Of a DNA stretch of 64,000 nt, positions 39,501 to 52,957 are shown piece by piece (within the stretch, counting starts at the first letter, position 1; the number at the start of each line of letters is the position of its first letter). Origin of the DNA: Phoronis australis (lineage: Eukaryota > Animalia > Phoronida); the NCBI GenBank assembly GCA_002633005.1, contig NMRA01000002.1, positions 326,044 through 390,043 on the forward strand, written 5' to 3'. The translations under genes and the position numbers were made by a program. The notes beneath the pieces were generated by a model. It was not told the origin of the DNA. It worked only from the letters and a program-made list of their open reading frames with translations, and made no database searches.

Positions 39501-42264
39501 TCTAACGTGCATTAATTGTAATATTTTTAGACCAAAGCAATCAAATTAAGTTGAAAGCTTGTTCCGGGAATCCTAATGTTTGTTTCAAATATTTATGAGC
39601 AGTTTTTGTCTCACTTATTGACGCTTACAACAAGCTGGCTAGTTTCACTCAGTTGTGCATATGGGACTTGGCTGTGGGCTACTGAATGGCTACACCACCC
39701 TGTTATTGTTGTCAGACTTGGAACATGGAAAGCTACTTGCCTGCCTGGAATCAAAATCGATACAGAGACAATAAACATACTGATAACTGTGTAGTGGGGG
39801 AATGAAATTATCAGGATGTTATCCATATGGAGTATATAGTTGTAAACATAATTATCACTTAATTAACTGTAATATGTACTTAAGATATGCCATGGTCAAT
39901 TAAGAAGTAATTGTCGGGCCTCTTCATCTGTTACTTTTGTTAGACTTCTGCAATGCTTGTGTGGGGAGTACACTGGAAATTGCGGTTTGGCTGTGTACGA
40001 GGTGGTTCGTATAGGCAAGAAACACAAGAGATGAATCTTGACTAGTATATTGAAGACTGTCAACAAATGATGAGAACAATCTCAATGCGGAGAACAAACA
40101 ACTAATCAACTCATACTACTGAAGCTACTGATACTACTTAAAATATAGTGAAAGTGATATATATAGAGACCTGAGAAACACGAATTAACCAATGAAATTA
40201 ATGAACAAATAAAGGATGCACTATGCTGATGATAAACAGTTCTGCATGCAGAGAAAGTGGTAGTAAACAACAACTGTAAGTGATGTAATACGGTGACTAA
40301 ACTAAACAAGTAATGAACCAAAACACAATAACACATTCTGCGACAGCTTGCTTTTTCTAGATTGGTTGTGGTATTGATTTTAAGATGGGACTTGGTGCAT
40401 ACCTTGGGTAATTTCATTAGAGTTGATTTTTTGAAGGCTTGATACATCTCCAAGGATGCCCTCAAGATAAATTTTCCGATCCCTGATATGAACATCATGT
40501 AACTGACACTTGTATTTTTGGGTAAACAATTACATGACATTTTTTCTACCATTTTGTTTGCTACCATATATTCGGGTATTTAGTCTGATGCTGTTTCATG
40601 TTAAAAAGCTGCGCCTATATCCGGAATTAGTCACTTGAGTGAAACAGCAGAGCAAATTTTTAACATGCGAGTGAAACAGGACATTGACGTGTTCATGACA
40701 AAAGAACCATTTTGAGGCTTGCACAGATACATGGTCTCTCTGTCTGCATAGATATAACTTTTATCTCTTGCAGACTCATGCGCTGATTGTGATTCAAAAA
40801 TAGGTCTGTCACGTGACAATTCAATGAACATTTCCCGTGAGAACATCAGAGATCAGCTGTTGGTTTTGGCTCATTGATTGAGAACTCAAAAATGTTTTTA
40901 AGTGACAGGTAAACATGGTAAAATGGCAATGCTATGTTAAGACATTGAGAATACTTTCCGAGTAAAGCAAGAACATTCAGTCCATTCTGTCTCTAACAGT
41001 GAAATAATTTATGCAAGCCATTAAGAACATAGAAAATGAGAGGTACCCGTGGGGGGGCATGTAACATTCATGCCGCACGCCTGGATTGGGATACGAAATG
41101 GAGGGGTTTGCTTCCTTACCAAACCATAACTGTAACAAATAACTTGAGCATAAACCTGCCTTTCAGCAAGAAACTTTACATGAGACACTCACTAAGCTTC
41201 AAAACTGATTTAAGCTTGTTATTGCTTGAGACTATGTTCCCTGTGCACGTAGAATGACGAAATTTTTAAGGAGTCTGTTGCCAATGTTACCAAACTAACA
41301 GTTCTTTTCAAGCCCTGAGAATCACCTCAGGGTGAGGAGCAAGTTGAGATTGGTTTTGTAAGTGTCTAACCTAAAAGTTAGTCATTCTACAGAGGCACAT
41401 TGTTGTCCACTTTACTTTTCATCATTTAGGTACAAGGACGACTTCTGTTATGAAATCTCAATTTATGACACATCATGTAAAGCGAGTGAAATATCTTTTT
41501 TTAAAATTTTCCATTAGTTTGATAAGCAACAGAAAATAAACACTAAGCTCTACATCATAGCTGCTACCAGACAAAAATTTGAAAAATTATGGACATCCAC
41601 AATGGAATCTCCCCATGTTACGAAAACCGATTTTGTAGGTTGAAAAAGAGCGCTGGTTTGGGGATATTTGTTACTATTTAGAAATGTGTTTCATTTAACT
41701 CAATCTACCAACATGTCATTCTACAAAAACTGTTTTTATACTGACAAAAGAACACTTGTGTTTTCAAATACCATAATGTTGGCATTTCTGTGATGTCGTG
41801 AACACAGTATGCCTATTTTTATCAAAATGCACGTCAGTTTTACTTATCTGCTCCCCATTGTGCGGATACTACAGTGTGTGCAGTTCTTCTATCTGTTCAT
41901 AAGTAATTAATTATTGATGCCCTTCGTGACGTGACGGTGATATGTCAAAACTGCCCTGGGGTTTCCGTTATCTGTCGCATGTTTGACACCAGTCTCAATT
42001 GAACAATCAATACCAACTATTGCGAATAGCAATCATGTGCAGGACAATACAGTATGCCACTTGAGAAGAGTTGAGACGCTGCCTAGTAGACACACAAGTC
42101 TATGGCATTGTTTTTGTATCGTGACAGCGGAGATTCTTACAAAGACAACTGGTTATTTTTGTTCCATTGGTGTGCGCCATGTTCTAGATTAATTACTTAT
42201 GTCGTCTGCTTTTCTTGACACTGTCAAAGAAAATATTTTTAGAAACAAGGGTTTTGACCTTCTG

Positions 42265-42332
42265 CCAGTTGAGAGTTTTTGTCTCCAGTTGAGAGTTTTT
42301 GTCTCCAGTTGAGAGTTTTTGTCTCGGAGTTT
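42265..42332. repeat. 20-bp minisatellite, 3 copies
   Basis: ccagttgagagtttttgtct x3. Confidence 0.85.
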
Positions 42333-42926
42333 TTGATTGATGACTTTAGTACCAATTAAAATCAAATCGAGGCAATTAAAGGTTTGAAATTTTTTTGTTG
42401 ACTGATTTTTGCATTGACACTAAACTTAAGATTGTCTTGTGTCTTAACCCAAGCATAATTTTTTTTGAGAAGTATTAGATTTAACTGATGCCAGTCACTT
42501 AGGGTGATTTTACAAGAATACCATGAGAGAGCTGTTTGTGTGTGTGCATCTTGGGAGGAACAATTCTGTTGTGTTGTTCTGGGACCTGAGGAATTTAGAA
42601 GAACTAAAAAGTTGCGACTGTATAAGCCGAGGGCTGGTAAACGTATGTGTCAACCACTTCAAAATTACTCACATTACAATAAAACATCAATGATATGACT
42701 TTATATCGGCATTGTATCCAATCTTAGCATATAAATGATTTTCATACACGAAATATTGATGTACAGTGAGATGATAACATAGATGAATGAACAGGTTTGA
42801 TGGCTTTGGCGTGCTGTAGTTCTGTAATATATAGCTGTTCAACAACCTCAGGCCAGTCTTCCACTGTAGTGCCTACTGCTATTTCTGATGTTACCAGCGT
42901 TGATTAATGTGTTCCTGTGGTAATAG

Positions 42927-43020
42927 TCTGATACATCGTGCCCACATTTTGAGAAACAGTTTTTCCATTGAATAGAAGGCATCAACTGGTTCCGAAAATG
43001 CGGGCACATTACATCGGAGT
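42927..43020. mobile_element. Small hairpin MITE
   Basis: tgcccacattttgagaaacagtt pairs with aactggttccgaaaatgcgggca. Confidence 0.6.
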
Positions 43021-43583
43021 ATTTATTGTTACGTTGTACAACTACGAATATTCATTCCGCTATGTAGTACTCTTCGGGCTGTGTTCTAGTGTTGTGTGTA
43101 TTTAAGAACAAGTAAACTTAGTGATGCTTGTATACGCAAGGGATTCCTGCCTGTTGGCAGATCGATACAAACAGAAAAAATGTTCATCTCAGTATGATAA
43201 TACTAAAACCTGATTATTTCCATGTTGGAGAAAATGTTTCACTTTTACGCACACCAGCTAAGTCATGCTTGTACCCTCAGCCCAGTCATACTTTAGTTCT
43301 AATTTAGGTCTGAGGTGCCAGTTGATCTGGCTCTATCTCCCTTCCTCGCTCCATCCTTCTCCCCCTCCCTTCCTTTGTTCTTTCCCCCCTCCCTCCCCCT
43401 TTCTGCCTGTCTATCTAAAATAGAAAATTTCATAAATTCTGCTTTGCTTTGGTTTGCTTTGCTTGTTACTGTCATAAAACAGATCATTTTGCTACAGAGT
43501 CCATTGGGGCTTTAATATTCCTGGAAACAGTTTAGTACTGCATAAGCATAGATAAACTGTCTAACCCCAGGGGTACTCCATGA

Positions 43584-44235
43584 AGGCCCGTTTACTCGAG
43601 GAAAAGATTTGTGGAAAAAAATTCGCTATTCCTTTCCGCCAAAATTTCCGCATTCTGTGAGCGTTCATGCGACTTGTCAATTCCGCAGTTTTTATGTTAT
43701 GTTAGCAACTGAAAATTCCAATGGAAGGAAAAGAATACACTGCTCACATGAAGTCTTGTGACTCACCAACTGATTGAACAGAACTGAATTTTGCCGCCTA
43801 GTTACCTCAAATTTGTTCCTAACGAAAGCTGGTCCAGCCTTCTTTATCCTAGACAGCTGCATGGCCATCCACTATGGCCTCCCGCCACAAACTGACGAGT
43901 TACTCAGTCTCTGCGTCAGACAACATTTGTAGATAAACCAAGTTTTTATGGCGAGACAGTAGAGATTTCGATTCATTTTGGAAATGAAGCAGGAATTCTT
44001 ATACCATGCGCAGTATGATAAACGTGTCCCAATTTTCCGGTTTGTATCGAGTATGCGACGGGTAATTAATCATCAAGCTTGTGTACTCAACTGTCACAGC
44101 TTCTGGAGTATTTTCCACAATGAATTCTGCATAATTTGGTGCAAATGGGATTGCTTGTGGTATTTTTGCATTCGCGCGATAATTGAGTTATTTTCCGCTA
44201 TCCAGATTCTGCAGAAGTGTTGGTTGAACAGGCCT
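43584..44235. mobile_element. Probable Harbinger-like non-autonomous element
   Basis: aggcccgttta...tgaacaggcct termini; repeated internal ttttccgc motifs. Confidence 0.4.
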
Positions 44236-46152
44236 TTAGATGAGATGTATGGGACATGTTGCTAAGAAGGGTGCCTTTTTCATGACCAGTTACGCTATGA
44301 AAGCATAAGAGACCGCATAAAATATTATGGCAAAAGTGTGAGGAAATATTGTGTTTATTAATTAACCGTGGTAATTAACATTATACGGCCGAAAAAAGAT
44401 TTGACATTATGTGGAGTTTTAGTTTGTGTGGGGGGGCTCGGACCGGATTTCTGATTCCCATCGGGACAAAAAAATACGTAAAGCAGGGGAAAGTCTAGAA
44501 TCAAGGACATTTTTAATGGCAACTTGACGAGTCGAAAATTTTCCAGAATGCTATGCTGGCCAAAGTACAGCCGTCAAGGGCTGATTATACTCCAAAGATT
44601 AAAGAAAATGCGATTGTTTTCAGGGGCAAAAACAAAATTTCTTCTGGATGGTAGGGGGGAGACTCCATCCTAATCTCCCCCATTCATTGTTACACGCCTC
44701 TACAGTCGCGCTCTGCACGATTGTTTACGAGACGTAATCTTGCCCCCTTATGATACCATAGATCTGCCACTGGGAAGGGTATCTTCCCCCATGAAATTCC
44801 CTGTAAAAATGCCCCATTTCTGACAAAATTCCCTACTTGATGGTTCATTTGGAGAATCTTCATCTACACAAATCTGCAGAAATGATTTTAATATTACCGA
44901 GATGACTTTAAACAACTACTAGTTTTGGTTTTTTTAAATAAAGTAATTACAGAAGTAGTGTTTTAAGTAAAAATACTCTTACAAATGGCATTAAAACGGC
45001 TTTAGAAGGTGTAGACAGTTGTGGAGAATGCACTCAGTTACTTTGTTTTATAATTTACAGTAACGACATAATGATGCTTTGAGAATGATGACTTCAACTC
45101 ACGCTATATTGGAAATATCTTTAACTTAACCTTTAAGCATATTAGTCTGGGATGCGGTTGATATTAAAATGGCTCTAATTGAATCAAAACAGTTTTATTT
45201 GCATTCACATAAGTTACCCAGAAATTTTGAAATCTACATCAGCTTGTTTGACGCTAAGATTGCAGCGTATATGGTATGACTGAAATGTATGCGCTAGATG
45301 CTATTTGTTGCCTCACTTGTGCATTGTAGTCTTGGTTGGACATGATGAAGAAATGGTAGATAAAAAATTTTATTGTGCGAGGTCAAAGTTCACAAAGTGT
45401 ATGCCCAGGGATTCACCTTGGAAGATCTGTTTTTATGAGGGTAAACATGCCATATTCGAAGTACTGAGTGAAAATGCCTGCTTGAAAATATGAGTGATGG
45501 CATATTCTTCCTAATATTTGCGAATTTGGACTCGTAAAAGAGTGGCGAGCAAAAAATGTCTAAAGTCCTTTCCGTGTGCGTTCAAATAATACAACTGAGG
45601 CCAATTTCCTACTTGTATTTTACTTTTTCCATTTGTATATTCAAGCCTATACTCGCTTATGTCGAGCACTGATCTGTCATTTTCATGGATCGAATTTTGT
45701 GTCAGTTTTAGGTTAAGGCTTCAAATTAATATTACAATGTCTGCATTAATGACAACTTGAACAATTTGTTTTTTAATCACATTCAAAAACAGGTTAAAAT
45801 ATGCAAAAATAGTTACACCCCTTTCCTGATGTGGTCTTCGTGATATCATCAATATTTTATGAAAAAAAACTTTCATTGCAAAAAGTGTACTCTCTTAGGA
45901 TAACGTGGAATGTTTTTTGTGCTATATACATTTCTGACTCAATCGGTTAATAATTCAGTGTTCAAGAATGTCCGCGAAAAGAATTCCTTTTGTTAGGATA
46001 CGTAAGTGTTTCAGGAACGAAACCCTGAAAGGATGGTCCCTAAAAATGGGATCCTTTTTCCTTTCCACCCTAGTCAAAGTATTCCCCGTTAGGAGCGTAT
46101 ACTGACTAATAGCAATTTTTCTATTATGAACGGTGATACAGTAATTTGTACA

Positions 46153-46707
46153 GATAGCGCTCGAGTCTTAGCTAAACACCAAGTCGCATTTGACGACCTG
46201 GTAAAAATTCCAGGTCGCCAAGGGAAACCTGAGGCTGCCAAAACTGAAAACTAATTTAGAGCAGTTCTGACGACTAAGATTCCCTGTTCGTCAACCAAAA
46301 AAGTCGTAGTGCCGTAACGCCACCTATTTTCGTTGGACTAATTTTCCCTGCAGACGTACGCATGTTAAGTCATTAACCAATTATATCGACGATCGCCGTA
46401 TGAGCATAGGATGCAGACGACTGCATGGCCCTGGGGCCCGAATTTCGCCGATGTTGTCCAATTCCGATGTCTGTCTGTTTACTTCCTGCTTTACTTTAAA
46501 TGTGGTGGCAAATGGGTTCAATTCACGAAATAAAAGAAACAATTGTGAATCAAAAGTAAGAAATCTAGGAATACATTAGTAATTTCAAGTATGGAAATCA
46601 ACACGAACCATGAAACAAATTAAGAGGGAAATATTGTCGACCTCGTGGCGACTTGGAATTTTTCCCAGGTCGCCCAACAAAATCTGAGGTTGCAATTGAG
46701 CGCTGTC
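46153..46707. mobile_element. MITE with CAGCGCTC-type TIR and subterminal palindromes
   Basis: gatagcgctc...gagcgctgtc; gacgacctggtaaaaattccaggtcgcca mirrored by tggcgacttggaatttttcccaggtcgcc. Confidence 0.65.
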
Positions 46708-49700
46708 GGACATAGCTAACTTATTGAAGGTAATTTTCCGTGCAGTGCTCTGTAATTATTTTCAAATCCATTAATAAAATTAAGAGGGAATGTCCACTGA
46801 CAAAATATTTCAAGTGGACGTAATATATTTTGGATTTATTTTTGTGATATAATTAACTAATGCAGTCTCTTTAAGTGTGCTAAATTTATCAAGATTTTTA
46901 AATCACAACACACACCTCGCGTGAAGATTGACATATCCACATCCAAAGTTTCACTTTATTACAAACAAACAAACAGATGAGTAAAAGAACATTCTAAGGA
47001 CAACTGTCCTAAATCCTAATATTGCAACCACTGTATGAGATTGCTTATAAATAATTAACAGGAGGCTATTCACATTAGGGAGATACATGCTGGGCATTGC
47101 CTTAAAGAGGAACATTGGAGCTTACAATCTACAGCTGTGGTGATTTGTATTGTCCTGTTCCCAGCCTATTTCTCTCACTATATTGATACCTTTGGAAGTG
47201 ATCCTGAGCAGTTTGACCAAGACTATGTTTCGACTTGTTGTTTGATTTGATTCTATACTACTGGTTCTTCCTGTTCTGTTTGTAATGAACCGAAACGTTG
47301 TAGTTGGATATGTCAGTCTTCACGTGTGCGCTTGGCCAAAAACAACATTGTTACTAAATTTATGTTTGTAAGGTGGGCAAATATTTTTGGTATAAATGGA
47401 TAGTTCGGACAAACGTTAGATACGCGATGCCCACCATAGTTACCACTGTCAAGTCCCACAAGTGTAAAGCAAGGGTAGCGAAAGTTCCTAACATACATGT
47501 ACAACTAAACTGACTAGCAAATTCTTTTTGATGTACGGTAAAATCTCACCAATTTTGAACAAAAATAATCGCCCATGTTGTCTGTTTTACATTTTTGAAA
47601 GACTTCATACGTTGTTATATATGCACGCAATTCATTCAAAATTTTGTCTGATAGTAGCTATGGTAACAGAGCTAGAAAATGGAAAAGTATTAATTTGGTG
47701 CAGCATTGGTGTGAATTGATTAGGAAATTAGACTTTACCGCATTTCCAATAATGTTTCATTGAAACTTTTACTGGCGTGGACAAGAGTCACCAAGAGCCT
47801 GTGGGGTAATTAACTAATGGTTACACAAAATGGCATATCTACGATTCCAAGTCTTTGAGCCCATTCGTAGATTACTAGCCCTTCATTCAGCTGCCTGATT
47901 GATCCAAGCAGCTAGATACTTTGGTTGCCGCTAATTGCTGTTCTGTGGAGCACTCTATGGCATGATTAGATGAGCTGGTTAAATATTTCAGACGTCACAA
48001 CTGATGATGTAAAGTTGTCTTCACACTACTGGACAGGGTCATGTTTTGTTGAGGGTACTGATGACATGACAATAACGTTTCTGTGAGGTCAGACAAATGT
48101 ATTATGATAAGGGATAATTTTTTCAATATGTGGTTGTTCTGTATGATTAATGTTGCTGTCAGCTGATTGTGCTTTTAAATCCCACAAACCCTTCTTCTTG
48201 TTAAATCTCAGCGAATTATTGTGGTGTGCTGTATTTGTCCTAAGCTTATCAAAAACATCTTTCTGATTTCGTTAGCAACGAATCTTCGTGGGCCAAGATG
48301 GACGACGATCTAAGTGTTTACATTTTCTCTGAGCCCTGATTGGCTTGATTGACATGTTGCAAGTATCCATTATTCGGCAATTGAAGGTTGTTCACCGATG
48401 CTTCACGTCAATTAACATCTCGTTATCTGTCAATTATGGGATTTTAAATTCAATAATGTGTTGAACAAATCACCTTGAGTGGAAGTTTAATTACTCAAAG
48501 TTGAACTGTTTGACATGTTTAACAGAATTTTTGTTTTAACGCTGGTTTTTCTCCTCGGCTGTTTCTGTGGTTAATTTCCTGTCCCTGACCAAAAAGTATG
48601 TGCGTCATTTGAAATGAGATTGTGATAGCTAACAAAACGACATATGCGTTGAAACAAAAGTGACTGAATCAAAATATTTAACCCCTTTCAGCTACACGTC
48701 TTAGAGTATCGTAGTGAGGGTAAGTAAGGCATGCCTTACCTGCCTGTTCTGACTCTCACAGTTTGGTTTGAAACGTCGACTTAATTCCATTCAGAAAAGT
48801 GTGAACTGAACAATTTCAACTTTGTTGACAAGTGTCTTGATACTCAATGCTACTATTTTCTCACAAGATCATTTTTCTTGAACCAAAACTAACGGTTTGC
48901 TCTAAGTTAATTTCCACCACCAGATAGATCAACCATTCTAGGAAGCTATTAATGACAAAGGGAGGTCTTGACAATTTTTTTCAGGTTTCAGATGCTTATT
49001 CTTGTCTGGCGAACAAAATTACAAAACACCAGGTATGAAACAATACAGCAGGTCTTGACAGTTTGGAATTTGATAAGTGCCAGACGAAAGTCACTGACAT
49101 CTCGCCTTGTAGAGCAGTTTAATGAAATGAGCTGGTTGAATGGAATGCTAAAAACGGTTTTCCAATCGGCTTGCTAAATGAAGTTTTGATGTTTTGCAGT
49201 GGAACGAGAAAAGTGCAAGCAACACGTTCAAGACAATATTGGCTGAGGAATGTCAAAAGTACTGTAACGTGGCTTCCAACATGGCCAGTTGTGGATTGGA
49301 GGTTTCAGGGTGAGTGTGGACCACCATGCAGTCACAGCTTGTGATGAAAGTTTGAGAATAGCAGTTACTTACGGCTTTAAAGACACAACCATTTTGGTGT
49401 TGCGTTAAAAAAAGAAAACAGTGCAGGTGGTCTGATGTCATTTGCGATGCATCAGACGTGCGCAGGCCTCATGGTTGGGCCCATTGTTGCGTTAAGTAAA
49501 AATATAGATCCTTGATTATCTTTGTGGAAGGTTTTTAATTACAGTTCCCCTGGTAAGTATTGACTGTCCATGGGACTATAGAATGTGATGTGTATGGTAC
49601 TGAAAAAGATGCACATCTTAGTTCTGCATTCAGTTCTATTGAGCACAATGAACTAGTGTTGAACAATGGCTGTGTCGGTTGTTCATGTTTTGCTCATTAG

Positions 49701-51629
49701 AAGTGAATGTAGAACCAAGACCTCATTTTGCTGGGCTGTTTACGTCAGTCTCTATTGTTTCTTGGATAGTAAATGCATGAGAAGGGAACTGAAGTCAACA
49801 CAGAAGTCTATATGCAACATAACCAATAACTACATTTTTACGTTAAGTAACATAAAAATGGTTGCTTTCCCCTTCAACACCAATCACAGCTCAAGGTGGA
49901 AATTAGTTCGGACCAGTCTCTGTCGTCGTTAGAGGTCACGTGGCTTGCACACCAGTCTTTGATAATGGAAATTCATACCAGTGGAACTCAGAATGGCTGA
50001 TGCGCAGGGTCATGCTTTTTTGTTCAAATATAGGCAGGTGAACTTATGCTTTCGGCATTGCACCAGATAAGTTCAGGTGGCTAGCTGGGACCTGTTACAG
50101 TACATGCTCTTAAATACATAGTTATGCCTCAAACATGACTGAAAAATATTTTCTAGGCATAGAAAAAAAACATAAAAATAGAAGTTAAACTGTTAAGTTT
50201 TAAGCAACCTTTTTACCCCGAAACAGATTGTCAGGTTACTGTCAGTCACGTTTTTTCAAGTTTTCAATTTTCAGAACACTTGGTTTGAAAGATTTTGTCA
50301 CAACTGCAAATGCTATCTTTCTGTTGGCTTTCTGTTCTTCGTTTCAAGAAGAGGACGTCATGTTACTGCATAAAGTTAAGAGGCACATACTTGTATACTC
50401 ATGAAAGTAAATGTCAGTGCTGTATGCTCTGACGTGTTTATTTCAGTGTTATTTGAGGCCATGCCATCTGCTCGTTAACAATAAGTTAGAGGGTTTGAAA
50501 ATTGTTTTACAGTCACTTTATCTATTTCAGGACAATATCAAAGGACAATGTCGTTTTCATTGATGAATATCCTAAGGATGTTAATGGAAATTTGAAGCTC
50601 AAATTTTACATCAGTCATCTTGGTGGCACAGCTGTAGTTAAGAAGTCTGCATTAAAAGGTTGGTGGAGCCACCTGGTGGTACCTAACATGGTGTACTTGT
50701 CACTACATGTGGTCAGGGTGTAATTTGTCAAATCGGTTGTAATAAAACATCTCAATAGCCCTACATTTGTTACCAATATGTAAACATTGCAAATTGAGGA
50801 ACATATTTGTTATCGGGGATTCTTTGCTACTTACGTGACATTTTAAAGAAATGAATCTTTAGCAGAAGTGTCTCATCTTCGACGAATGTTGTGAATTCCA
50901 CTTTTATTCTTTTGGCCTTGAAAATTTTTCTGGGATTAACTATCCAAGTTGAGAATTTGGTTGTCAATTGAATACATCTGAAAATTTCACTGATATAAAA
51001 GTACACAGATCTTTCATAGTCATCTGGAACATGTTTGGTTGTAATTACCATGTAATAAAAAAGGTTTGTTATAAAAGTACCACTTCAGTAATTGCTATGA
51101 CAGATTAGCTTTTATTTGGTTGCCATGGTTTTATTAGTTGGCCGTGCTTTTACGTTATTTCCTTCAATTTTGTTCTAATAGCGGCAATTATGTGCTTTAA
51201 ATTTGATTTATTTTTGTTGCAAGTTTTATCTGCTTAATTTTACTTTGTTGCCACGGTAGTGTTGTCGGACTGTGTATGTGTTCACATTTTATTACCAATC
51301 GCATGAGTTTGCAGTGTAGGTAATAATGAAGACTCGCAAGTAATTACAAAATGTTCTGCCCTCCACAAGAAAGCAAACACTTGTTACTTCCTGTAATTAG
51401 CAATCCATTTCCCGTACTTCACTAAAATTTTAATTTAAAAGCAGGAACTTGTCTTCTGTCAAAGGTTATTTAAGAGAGGATTTAATTTGTAGAAACAATC
51501 AAAATAGTCTCAGTAAAATAAGGGAGTGCTTGTTTCTAAAAAGTTTGCTTTACAGAGTAATGTCAGCAGTCCTTGTAAACAAACGCTGGCATGTGTTCAA
51601 TTTAATTTAAAAATGTGTTCGTTGGTTTA

Positions 51630-51960
51630 AAGCTGCTTTTTCCAGGCTAAAAATGCAAATTGACTTTTTACTATCATAAAATCGTTCTCATAATCATCTT
51701 CACGGGGTAGGATTCTGTTTCCGCTACCAACAAGAACTTCATAATCGTCAGCCACTTAAGAAAACAGTTCAGTGTCTATTGGGGTTGGCCAACCCTAAAA
51801 TTGTGAAGTTGAAAATGCCACGTGTGTGTGACTTGAGTTGTCAATGGTAATAGAATCCTGCCACGGTAAGGAATATTATGATGCCAATTATATAAGAATA
51901 AAAGGTCTACCATGATACGATTGTCATTTAATTGCCAGCGAAATAGAGTTAAATGCATTT
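51630..51960. mobile_element. Foldback MITE family, copy 3 (internally deleted)
   Basis: gtaggattctgtttccgctaccaacaagaac...atagaatcct; homologous to the two copies above. Confidence 0.6.
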
Positions 51961-52779
51961 TTATGTGTCTCCTTACTGATTGAGTTTTAATCCCCCGTGC
52001 ATCAACATATTTAAAACAATTGTTTTTGTTTTAAGTTTTGGGGGGATGGTGAGTTACCATTTCCCAGATGCATACGGTAACACTGTGGACCGAATGGAAT
52101 TCACTGATTGATTAGATTCACCTCCGCTAGTATGATTTATTTGAATTTGATGTTTGCGACTTTGTCTTGATCTTATAAGAGTTGCATAGGGATTGTATTA
52201 ATATTGTATTGTGGACATGATCGTGTTGAAGTGTTCAGTTTGATGAGGGTTTATTAAAACAAATTCACTCAGTTCGCTAAGCGACTGAAAAGCTTCCAGA
52301 CGAGTGGTAAATCACCTTGTGTAGTGATAAAACTTCATAGATACCATGTTTTTCCAATGTGATGATATACTTAAGAAACACAGTGACACCAAGGAACTAT
52401 TTTGACGTGTTTATTAACTTTGTTGCTATGGATACATTTTGTTAGAATTGTGCACAGCGTGTTTAGCCGTTGTTGGTTATAGTAATTATCAAGTGAAATC
52501 AATAAAATCTCTGGTGTGTGGTACAAAAATTATTGCTCAAATACTCTTCTTTTCCAATGTTCACTCACTTGATCTAACATTGCTGTGAATGGGAACAGTT
52601 TTTCAACATAGTAAAGAACGTATCTTCCATGGAAAAATGTTAAAACAAAATATTGCTTGTCCTCTGCAATGACTCCTAAATTGGTTTGATTGTGGCGTGA
52701 ATTCTGTGTTTTGCACCTTGTATAACTTAACAGTCGTCTTATGTGAACCTCGTCTGCATTTTAGCTTTGTTCGTTCCAG

Positions 52780-52957
52780 AGATAATCGTTGGTGCTCGCA
52801 GCAGTGTCCACACAAAGACTGGTTACTCAATTGAGGATGTCGATGGGTCTACTTACAATATATTTCCCAACACAATCCTTGACATTTCTATTTCTGTATC
52901 AGCGTGCGCTGTTCTACTAATTATCGTCATATCTCTAGTCGCCTACCTCAAATACAG
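52780..52957 (+). CDS. Unknown type I membrane protein, ectodomain + TM exon
   Basis: ttccag|AG ATA...TAC AG|gtgagt; (E)IIVGARSSVHTKTGYSIEDVDGSTYNIFPNTILDISISVSACAVLLIIVISLVAYLKYR: hydrophobic helix followed by a basic stop-transfer; phase 1 in, phase 2 out. Confidence 0.75.
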
